A DNA stretch of 64,000 nucleotides, taken from positions 18,600,001 to 18,664,000 of the forward strand of contig NC_043002.1 in the NCBI RefSeq assembly GCF_006345805.1, read 5' to 3'. Positions 51,461 to 62,500 of this stretch are shown here, piece after piece (positions within the stretch are counted from its first letter, which is position 1; every line of letters starts with the position of its first letter). A program made the translations under genes and the position numbers. This DNA is from Octopus sinensis (taxonomy: Eukaryota). Under the pieces are notes generated by a model. The model was not told the origin of the DNA. It did not search any database and saw only the letters and a program-made list of their open reading frames with translations.

Positions 51461-52721
51461 ATAAGTACAGTAATAAGTTTGCTTCCCAGCCACATGGTTT
51501 CTGGTTCAATCCCATTGTGTGGCACCTACAAGTATCTTCTAGTATAGCTTCAGGCTTGTTGGTGGAAACTGAAAGAAACCCATTATATATATATATAAAA
51601 TGTCTGTGTGTGTTTTTACATATATCTATATAATGAGTATATAAAAGCATGTATGTGTATTGTCACCTTGTTTTGATATCACATGATAGTTGCAAATGAA
51701 TATCAGTAATACAGGTAGTGTTATTGATTTCTAAAACGTGTCTCGTCATGGGGAAATAAATATTACTTAACAGTCACAGAAGTCTGGTGCAGGCTTCAGC
51801 CTGCCTGGTTCTTGTGGTACTGTCCCACCCGTGCCAGCATGGAACATGGACATTAAAGGATGATGATGATGTTAGTAACAGGAAGGGAATTTAACCATAG
51901 AAAATCTGCCTCAATAAACTTCATCCAACTCATGAAAGCATGGAAAATTGGACATTAAATATGATGATGATTTTTCGATCTATACAGATAGTTAGATACG
52001 ACAGACTTTCTGTTCACCAAATTTCACCCACAAAGCATCGGTCAAACTAAGATGATAGCAGAAGATAATTGCTCCAGGTGTCTTATAATGAGATCAGATA
52101 TGAAACCTCAAGGCTGCCATGTCCCCCTCCCCTAAAACTTGAAATTTTTAAGACTATGAAATAATAACTTGTGAAATCTAAATTTAAGCAGATTTATTTT
52201 GATATTGTACAAGGGTGATTTAACAACAGAAATGAAAGGGTACTGGGCATTGGATGAAAAATGTTCTGAATAAATGTTGGTAATGAGATGTCAGAGAGTA
52301 CTCTCATGGTGCAAGAGGTGAGATAAGAATTAATACAGATAGTGGATTAGGAGGTATGACAGATAAGTTCATAGGAGAGGAGAGTGACCATTGGCTGGTA
52401 AACAAAAACTGAAAGAAATGTCATATACGAGTGGACTAAAGAAAGTGGCACTCAACACATTTGATAGGAGTTACATATATTTTTAAATAACAGTTTGACT
52501 CAGCTCCAAATAAGTTTTGTGGACACATAAGACGAACCCATTGCACCTGATATCGGAAGAAGAGTGATGGATTTTAGACAAATTCAAGAGGGTTTCTAAA
52601 TGTTAGACCACTACTGGTCAGCTCAGGTCACAATGTGTTAATGCTGTGGAAGTGATGCCAGTTCTTTTCTTTAGTCTTAAGCCCACAGGCTCACATAGGA
52701 TGTTGGCAGGGAGCTGTTGCC

Positions 52722-53227
52722 ATATTAGTAAGGAAAAGAAATAAAAAACTCCAACTAAGTCACAAGAATTTACTCACAATCAACTTTTATTTCCTGTCTT
52801 ACAAATGTTCAATGTGGCTACCACCTGCAGCACAGGTAACATCAATGCAATAAGAGAATTCCTCCCAGACAGATAGCAGCATATCACGATCCACTGAGTA
52901 CTTCATTGGATGTCTGGTTGAATGTTTTATCAAAGTTTTTCCATTTCCTTTCTTTGTCAATATCTTCTGGAATCGCCTCAAAGCAAATTTATTCTTTAGT
53001 TCCATAATGAACTTGCTTTTGATATGCTCGTATGCATCTGGGAGGAATTCTCTTATTGCATTGATGTTGTCTGTGCTGCAGGTGGTGGCCACATTGAACA
53101 CTTGTAAAACAGAAAATGAAAGTTGATTGTGAGTAAATACTTGTGGCTTAGCTGGAGTTTTCTGTTGCTTTTCCTTATTAAAATATTGCGTAATGAAATT
53201 GGTTCATTCTTTTTGAATAACCCTGTA
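52722..53227. mobile_element. Foldback Tc1/mariner derivative; both arms encode the transposase C-terminus (DML..WEEFSYCIDV.CAAGG.HIEHL*)
   Basis: Arms 52722-52885 and 53021-53186 are reverse complements; the right end reads ...GAATAACCCTG|TA. Confidence 0.85.
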
Positions 53228-56200
53228 TATGGTTCATTCTTCCTACTGATAGACAATGCAGGTTGCTGGAATCTTTGTAGTCTCTTACAGATTCGAAGTT
53301 GGCAGTTGCAAGTTCCAGGTGAGTAAGAGAATCCCTGTTGATATTCCATTTGATGTTGGAGATGTTATGAAAATCGCAGTATTTAGATGAAGCTGTAATA
53401 AGAAACTTAGTCGCAGGTATAAAGAGAAGAATATCTAAACCATCACTGGACAGCAGGATCTTCAACAGCTCATATAAGCATAGAAAAGAGAACATTAAAA
53501 CAGTAATGATGATGATGGTAATATGTATTAATCCTTTCTAACTTAGGCACAAGGAAAGAAATTTCAGTGAGGAGAATTTAATCAATTGAATTCTTATCAA
53601 TACTTCAATTTATTTGGTACTTTGATTTAGCTACCCTAGAAAGAAAGAATGGAAAGGTTGACCTCGGTGAGACTTGAACTCAAATTGTAAATAGCCGGAA
53701 CAAATACCACAAGGTATTTGCAGTGCTCTTTGTTTTTATTATAATAATAATTCACTCTACTATTGCCACAAGGCTTGACATTTTGGGAAAAGGACGTGTC
53801 AATTACATTGACCCCAATACCTGACTGGTACTTATTTTATAGACTCCAAAAGGATGAAAGGCAAAGTTGATCTCAGCAGAATTTGGACTCAAAGAACTAA
53901 ATGAAATACCTATTTTTTTACTACCCACAAGGGGGACAGATTAAGCCGATCATATCGACCCCAGTGTGTAAATGGTACTTAGTTTATCGACTCCGAAAGG
54001 ATGAAAGGCAAAGTCGACCTCGGCGGAATTTGAACTCACAACGTAACGACAGACGAAATACATCTACGCATTTCGCCCAGCGTGCCGCCTTTTGATGAAA
54101 TACCACTAAGCATTTTATCTGACGCAGTCACAATGCTGCCTGTTTCCTGTCTTTGTTTTTAGTGTTATAATAATTTCGAGATTTTGTACAATATTAAGGG
54201 AGGGAGCTAATCAATTGTATCGATCCAGTTGAGTACTGTGCTCAACTAAAACTTATTTTATCAACCTGAAAAGGATGAAAAGCTAAGTCAAGTGAAATGT
54301 CAACTCAGGATGTAAAGATAGACCCAGTCTCATCAAAGCCGTGGATTTAACAGGCAGAAGCTGAAAGAAGCATGTATATAACATCAACATTATTATCGTT
54401 TAAATTCTGCCTTCCATGCTGGCATGGGTGGGACAATTAGACAGGAGCTGGCCAGGCAAAAGACTGCACCAGACTTCTGTGACTGTTTTGGCAGGATTTT
54501 TGCAGCTGGATGCCTTTCCTAATACCAACCACTCAGCAGAGTGGACTTAGTGCTTTTTTCATGACACAAACCCAGGCGAGGTCAGTTTTAGCAAGGTTTT
54601 ACCCAGCTTGCCAACTTGTTTTTTTAGTATAATAATAGATTCGAAATTTGGCACAATGCCAGCAATTTTGGAGAAGAGGCAAATTAATTACATTGACGAC
54701 CCCCCCCCCCCCCAGTGCTCAGCTGGTACTAATTTTATTGACACTGAACCGTCCAACCCATGCTAGCATGGAAAATGGACGTTAAACGATGATGAAAGGA
54801 TGAAAGGCAAAGTCAACCCTCGTGGAATTTAAACTCAGAATGGACTACACACTCGGAGTGGTTGATTTTAGGAAGGGCATCCAACGGTAGAAACCTTGCC
54901 AAATCAGATTGGAGCCTGGTGCAGCCTCTCAGTCCTCAGTCAAATCATCCAACCCTTACCAGCATGAAAAGCGAACGTTAAACGATGATGATGATGAATG
55001 TAAAGTTGGAAGAAATGGTACATAGCATTTTGTCTGGCATAGTAATGATGTTTTCAGTAAAAAATAGTCACTGTTATACAACTGTTGCATTGAAGCAAAA
55101 GTAGAATAGTTTATCGTTGCTGATAATACTTGATCATTTTATCTTTCAAGATTATAAAAAATAAATAACAGCTACCATTTGCCACTATAAAAAATAACTA
55201 GGTCAAAGTGTAACTTGTTTTCCAATCTGCATAATTTTAAACAACTGCAATCTTTTCTGTTTATATATATATATATATATATATTTAGAGAGAGAGAGAG
55301 ATATGGCTGTATTAATCAATGATTAACACTATTTCCATTAAGCCAATAAACACAGAAAACAACTCTGGGCAATGTTTTGTTACATCTCAGGAGGGTGATT
55401 ATGCCAAGGAGTGGCTGTGTGGTAAGTAGCTTGCTTACCAACCATATGGTTCCAGGTACAGTCCACTGCGTGGCACCTCGGGCAAGTGTCTTCTACTATA
55501 GCCTCAGGCCAACCAAAGCCTTGTGAATGGATTTGGTAGACAGAAACTGTAAGAAGCCCATTGTATATATGTATGTGTGTTTGTATATGTTTGTGTGTCT
55601 GTGTTTGTCCCTCCAACATCACTTGACAACTGATGCTGGTGTGTTTACGTCCCCGTAACATAGCTGTTCGGCAAAAGAGACTGATAGAATAAGTACTAGG
55701 CTTACAAAGAATAAGTCCTAGGTCGATTTGCTCGACTAAAGGCGGTGCTCCAGCATGGCCAGAGTCAAATGACTGAAACAAGTAAAAGAGAGTAAATGAC
55801 ATGCACTGATTCTCTTTCACTTCTTTATTTTTGCCAGTTGATTAATTATTTAAAGCAATTAACTAATCAATTGTTTGATTAACTGTCCAGTCAACTAATC
55901 AATCAAATTTGTCAAAGTCATTTTATCATCATTCACAACCCATCAATGATATGTCCTCTGTACTGCAGTCCTACCTAGTGAAATAGAACCAGTGCATGTG
56001 TTTATTATTGGCCTAATGACCCTCCCGAGATACAGCAAAATTGGTTCTAACATGCAATTTTACATCAAGAATCTCTGTATACCAAATAAAAATAAAAAAA
56101 CTCTAGGCATTTTCAACTAATTCTGACATCTTACTATATTTGTTGAGGAGGGGAGAACAGAAATGTTTAGTAATTAAATGGGTCAAAGTTTGGCTTCAAA

Positions 56201-57389
56201 AACAATAGGTAAATTAGTGTTAACATACTAAATGCATGGAGTGTATTGGCTGAGGCATGGCTCTGTGGTTAAAATGTTTGCTTCCCAACCATGTGGTCTT
56301 AGTGTGGTCTTAGAAATACTGTATTTCTATTATAGCCCCAGTCTGATCAAAGCCTTGGATTTAACAGACAGAAACTGAAAGAAGCATATATATAACATCA
56401 TCATCATCATCGTTTAAATTCTGCCTTCTGTGCTGGCATGGGTGGGACAATTAGACAAGAGCCGGCCAGGCAAAAGACTGCACCAGAATACTGTGACTGT
56501 TTTGGCAGGATTTTTACAGCTGGATGTCCTTCCTAATACCAACCACCCAGCAGAGTGGTCTTAGTGCTTTTTTTCATGACACAAGCACAGACAAGGTTTT
56601 AACAGTTGGATGCCCTTCCAAATGCCAATTACTTTAGAGTGTGGACTGGATGCTTTTTAAGTGGTACCTTCACTGACAGGGACACCAAGTAACCTGCAAG
56701 AGAAAACTCCTTTGAGATGGGATGGAGCAGTGAAGGAGATGATTTTGTGTCAGATAATGAAAGGCTCTGTGAGACACAGACAGAAACAGGTGTCTTGCTG
56801 TAGAGGAGGTACAAAGTTACCTGGCCGGAGAAAGAGAGAGAGATCAGGAATGAGGACAGAAACAGGTGTGCTACTGCAAAGATAATGGTCACCCAACCTG
56901 AGTGAATCGCAGGACAAGGTGAGAGAGAGTGGGAGACCTCAGGATAGAGATGGTGGCAAAGAGCCAGGCATACTCACAAGGGACAGGAATCAGAATATAA
57001 ATTGGATGGCAGAGAGAGATATAGATAGTAGCAAGTGCCAGGGCATACCCTTGAGGTTCAAAGGTCATACTATAAGTGGTAGCATATTGCCAAAGAAGCA
57101 TGATTAGAGAGAGGAGAGGGGAAGTGAGTGGTGAAAACCTGGGTATATAGAGTGGTGATGGGGGAGGGGGCTACCGGATAGCAATGATACAGAGAACTAG
57201 GGCTGTGAGGACAGGATTGTAGAGTAAGAGGTAGGTATAGTACATGAAGGAGTAAATGTGAGGATGAGAAATGATGCTGAAATGTAGAATGGTTTGTTGG
57301 GGTAGGGAGTGCGAAAAGTTTTCTTGTTAATTGTGGGTGGAACACACAGATCGGTGGGGTGGGCTAGCAAATGGCAATGATACTGTGAG

Positions 57390-57930
57390 ACAGTCATCCC
57401 ATGTCTTCCTGGGTCTCCCTCTTCCACGAGTACCATCCACTTTCAGTGAATTCCACTTCTTTATGCAGCTGTCCTCATTCATACACATCAAATGTCTAAA
57501 CCAATGGAGTCTTCTCTCTTGCATGCTACATTTGACTCTTCTTATGCCCAACTTATTTCTCAATACATTTGTACTTTGTCGTCCACGCACACTGATGTTG
57601 CACATCCAGCAGAACATATTGCCTTCATTTCTCTACAGTCTACGCATGTCTTCTGCATCCAGAGCCCATGCCTCATTACCACAGAGTATAGCCATTCGCA
57701 TACAAGCATCATACAGTCTACTTTTCACTCTGAGAGAGAGAGAGAGTTTTTTTGTTGGCAACAGAGGTAATTGCTCTCTGGACTTCCTCTACCCAATTCT
57801 TATTCTAGAAACAATACTTTCAGAGCATCCTCCACCATTGCTAATTTGGTCACCTAGGTAACAGAAACTATCTATAACCTCAAGAGAGCCTCCCGGGCAT
57901 TTGAGAGAATCTAAGTCCCCTGTGCTCTTA
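57390..57930 (-). mobile_element. RTE LINE 3' fragment
   Basis: LEVIDSFCYLGDQIS...SRIRIG; RWMCN...LHWF.H...GTRGRGRPRKTWD. Confidence 0.88.
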
Positions 57931-57989
57931 GTACTTATTACTGCACACACACAAACACACACACATGTACATATATATATATATATATA

Positions 57990-58355
57990 CAACAATATAA
58001 GGAATGGCCCTGATAGGCCATTCGACTCACTAGAAAAAGCAGCCAAACTCAAACCGCTAAATGGATTTTGAAAATTTAGAGCATATAGGCTTAAGGCTTC
58101 CTTGCTGTCGCCTCGTGGACATATTCTTGTCCTCGGCTTCTCTGCTGACGAGACACGCCAGTTGTAAGCAAATTTAATTTAATTTAATTAATTTGTTTAC
58201 CAAAGTTTGTTGAAACTATGCATAGTGCAGAGATGAAAAGGGTAAATGTTTTTATTTCTCTTCCAATTTCAGAATTACAACTATTTAGCGGTTTGAGTTT
58301 GGCTGCTCTTTCTAGTGAGTTGAATGGCCTATCAGGGCCATTCCTTATATTGTTG
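57990..58355. mobile_element. MITE with 73-bp near-perfect TIRs
   Basis: Arms 57990-58062 / 58283-58355, 2 mismatches. Confidence 0.9.
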
Positions 58356-58440
58356 AATGTATATTATACAGTCTTTGACTATCTTTTCTTTCTCACTAGA
58401 CCACTGGTAGCGGAGAATTTTTTTGCTACCCTTATATTTA

Positions 58441-58475
<35 letters not shown>

Positions 58476-58572
58476 TTCCTTTTCAGTATTGGTTCTTGAA
58501 ATTCATATAACACTATAAATAATAGCATTTAAACATTGGGCTGATAAACCCTTTTGGACAGAAAATGTTGAA

Positions 58573-58640
58573 GGCTACTGATGGAATTTGAACCCACGAT
58601 TTCCTGTAGACACGACAGGTGTTCTCTCATTGTTAACAAT
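58573..58640 (-). pseudogene. Decayed tRNA-Thr(TGT)-like sequence
   Basis: Anticodon arm CCTGT-cgTGTct-ACAGG and T-arm GTGGG-TTCAAAT-TCCAT are recognisable; D-arm and acceptor stem are eroded. Confidence 0.45.
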
Positions 58641-58649
58641 ATATATAGG

Positions 58650-58780
58650 TAAAAGATTCTTGACTTTCCTCGACGAACATTTTCCAGCAAATCAGAGATA
58701 CTGGAAAATATTTAACAGGCATTCTGTGAAATTATCAAATACCTGCTGCCCCAAATTGAAGAGTATCATCGCACAACACT
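58650..58780 (+). mobile_element. Penelope-like element fragment
   Basis: IGKRFLTFLDEHFPANQRYWKIFNRHSVKLSNTCCPKLKSIIAQH resembles the region between RT and GIY-YIG in PLEs. Confidence 0.7.
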
Positions 58781-60732
58781 AAGAGCCTAAATCCAGGAAC
58801 ACTAAGAGCCTAAACCCAGGAAACTGGTAAAGCACCAATGAAAATAATATTACTCATGAATATTGATTTTCTCTCATCACATAATTATTTCAAGTCAGTG
58901 TTTTAATGGTTCATGTATTAAACATGTTAACTTATTCTCTTTACTCTCTTTTACTTGTTTCAGTCATTTGACTGCGGTCATGCTGGAGCACCGCCTTTAA
59001 TCGAGCAAATCGACCCCGGGACTTATTCTTTTGTAAGCCCAGTACTTATTCTATTGGTCTCTTTTGCCGAACCGCTAAGTAACAGGGACATAAACACACC
59101 AGCATCGGTTGTCAAGCAATGCTAGGGGGACAAACACACTCACACAAACACACACACGCATATATATATATATACATATATACGACAGGCTTCTTTCAGT
59201 TTCCGTCTACCAAATCCACTCACAAGGCTTTGGTCGGCCCGAGGCTATAGTAGAAGACACTTGCGCAAGGTGCCACGCAGTGGGACTGAACCCGGAACCA
59301 TGTGGTTGGTAAACAAGCTACTTACCACACAGGCACTCCTGCGAGATTAGATTTCAAATGTCAATCGAAACATCATTTATATATCTTTTTCGTTGATTTT
59401 CATGTGGTTGATACCTTTGAATTAAAGATGTGTGACGTTCCTATGAGTGGCCCTCAGAGGTCTTCACCCTTTAAGGAATTATTCCTTCTTTAAATACTTT
59501 ATTTCTTTTTTTTTCTCTTATTTTACTTTTTACAGACTTTTATGTAATTCCACATTGTATTGTCCCATACCATTTCCATGGTATTTTGTCAACCTTTAGT
59601 GGTTGAACTGGCAGGATTGTTAGTACATCGGACAAAACACTTAATAGCATCTTTTCCCATTCTTTAAGTTCTGAATTCTAATGCTGCCTGCCATGGTCAA
59701 CTTTCATCATTTCTGGATTAATGAAATAAAGTACCAGTCAAATACTAGGGTCGATGGTATCAAAACTAACACATGAATAAAGACTTCAAGCTTTATGCCG
59801 ACAATAGAAAATAACAATAATAACAAGAACACTCAGAGAGCACAAACCTCCGTCAAAGTTATTATTAAATCAGTGACACATCCATTCAAAGAATACTTCA
59901 TCACCATTAATAGCATTTTGTTTTCCATGCTGACATGTGACAGGCTGTCTCTGTCTGAAATAGGAGGGCAGTAAAGATACTGCCCTACTGGATAGGTCAA
60001 AAGGTGATTTCTCATTTACACATTCTGTTTTGGGCATGGCGTCTAAAGCAAGTTCCCTTTAATAACATTAACCAGTTGACTCTGTGTTAAGTACATTTTA
60101 CCGTGGCATTAACAGTACAGTGGTGTAGTAGTTCATGCAGGCATGGCGTGAAATTTGGCAATCGAGGATCAAATCCTCGATTGCCAAATTTCACTTAACA
60201 GTTCAACAGCACTTTTCTCACGGTAAAACAATAGTTTTTCTGTGAGTAACAGCAGTTACATTTTCCAGATGCCTTCGCTAAGCAGAATAATATCTTTGCC
60301 AATTAATCCTTCTAACCTCTTCTAGGCCACCAAAAACTAGAATAGACATAACAGACCGCCAACGAAATCTATCGTTCTAAACAATATGTCTATCCTTCGG
60401 GCTGGTTTTGGATAGTTGTAAAAACAAGAACTCCGTGAGCCAAAGTCAGTTAGTGAAAACCGAGTCTGGCTGTCCGGCTGAACAAAACGCCATCTCTGAA
60501 AGAAAAGACACAAAGGGATAACTATGGTAACTCACCAACGAAGCAGTTGTTTCGTCCCACCACTCTCACTTTCTTCTCTGAAACATTACCATCTCTCTAG
60601 ATATATTACTATGAGATCGTGTATACAGATTCTGGCCGAAATTAACTCTTTTTACCTCGCGTGCTTTTCCATTTACTAGTTATACATACCAACCCGTCGT
60701 GGTTTTGGATATACACAAAGTAACGGTAAGTA

Positions 60733-60990
60733 GAGAGTTGCTGAAGCATGGAACAAACTGTCGGCATCAGTTGATAGTTGTCGGAGCACTGCATCCTTCA
60801 AAACTTCCATGCTTTCTGAGATTCGCCAACACTACACCTGATTTTCTCCCCTCCATACACACACAAGCATGTATCTGACTCATTTGTTCGCTTTCCAGAC
60901 ATTTGTACATTACTTCATATACTTTATATGCACTTTCTGACAAGTTGTAGTGCACCTGAGCACTGTATACAATAATTTCATTATTATATT
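60733..60990 (+). mobile_element. CR1-type 3' end fragment with (ATT)n tail
   Basis: RVAEAWNKL.ASV..CRSTASFK; inverted copy at 62145-62500. Confidence 0.8.
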
Positions 60991-61568
60991 ATAAATATTT
61001 CTTTACAACTTCAATCACTGTTCTTCTTCCATTTTGCACACTGGCAACCAACACCTTAACCACAACTGTTACAATTGGTGACCCTCAACTGCAACGAAGT
61101 ACTAACTGTCACAGTGGTTATCATGTCCTCAACAAGATAAGAGATTCCCTGCTACCTGCATTGTCTCTTATTATTTACTTATTTACAGAGTGTACAGGTT
61201 GCATTTTATCATGGCACTGGCTCAAAATATTTCTCTTTTTCATTGTCTTTTTTTTTCCAAACCAAACAGTCACGAACTAGGAAGTGAGGTTATACACTAA
61301 AAGGAATAAGTAATGGAAGGGAAACAATGATAGCTACAGGCTGGTTGTTTACAAGAAGACCAGATAGGAAAATGTCATGAGCTATCTGCTGAGAGCAATA
61401 AAAATGTATAGATAATTGTGTGTGTATGTGAGAGAGAGAGAGAGAAGGGGGTGGGCTATGGATAACAATAGAGATAGTAAAAGTAGTAGATGTCAATGAA
61501 GTCACATGAAGAGAGAATAATGATGGCAGAAGGGAAGTGATAGTATTGAATAAGAGAGTACTCAAAAT

Positions 61569-61840
61569 GGGTGCTACTTAAGAAGAGTGGTCCCGGTGCG
61601 CGCACTCGCGCTAGCTAGTCGTGACTAGTCGATCCTTACTTTGTGTTTTTGTTTTATTTACTTTGTTTAAAAAATTATTTACTTTGTTTCAAAAAATTAT
61701 TTACTTTGTGAAAAAATTATTTATTTTGTGTTTTATTTTCTTTGCTAGGTAGTCGTAGAATCGACTAGTTACGACTGGCTAGCGCGGATGCGCGCGTACT
61801 CGAGTGCGCGCACCGGGACCACTCTTCTTAAGTAGTACCC
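61569..61840. mobile_element. CpG-rich MITE with 40-bp TIRs, inner IRs and an internal ~20-bp tandem repeat
   Basis: GGGT(G/A)CTACTTAAGAAGAGTGGTCCCGGTGCGCGCACTCG, 1 mismatch between arms. Confidence 0.9.
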
Positions 61841-62144
61841 TCAATATGAGCAAACTAGATGCCATTTCTTATTACAATGGTGCTGAGGTGGAAGAGAAGT
61901 AACAATTATGACGTTAGAGAGAATACAGGATGATGGAGGGTTTTTGAATAGAGACCGATCTTTATACAGGTGATGTATTACTATAAATAGCAGAGAGGAT
62001 GAGTCACAAAACTGGGCTTTTCCATAGTATTAATCCCAATTCATAATTTGGTGACCGACGTGAATAAAATCTGAGGATCTCGTTCCAACACAGGAGATTA
62101 GATTTCAAATGTCAATCGAAACATCATTTATATATCTTTTTAAT

Positions 62145-62500
62145 ATATAATGAAATTATTGTATACAGTGCTCAGGTGCACCACAACTTGTCAGAAAGTG
62201 CGTATAAAGTATATGCAGTAATGTACAAATGTATGGGAAGCGAACAGTGTATGAGTCAGATACATGCTTGTGTGTGTATGGAGGGAGAGAAAATCAGGTG
62301 TGGTGTTGGCGAATCTCAAGAAGCATGGAAGTTTTGAAGGATACAGTGCTCCGACAACTAACAACTGATGCTGGCAGTTTGTTCCATGCTTCAGCAACTC
62401 TCAGCGTGAAAAACTGTTTCCGAAAGTCATGGGAGCTGTGCTGTTTTCTGACTTAGTAAAATATGTCCACGGGTGTTAGACGGGTGGAGTATATTTGGAT
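62145..62500 (-). mobile_element. CR1-type 3' end fragment
   Basis: Reverse complement of 60733-60990 plus upstream sequence. Confidence 0.8.

Noticed and set aside
53178-53495. 105-aa minus-strand ORF
   Set aside because: No recognisable homology, and it partly overlaps the fold-back TE end.
2521-59312. Recurrent ORFs ending ...GFGRPEAIVEDTCPRCHAVGLNPEPCGW or containing AGAPPL
   Set aside because: The same peptide recurs at every family-A SINE copy, so it is a repeat-derived artefact rather than a gene family.
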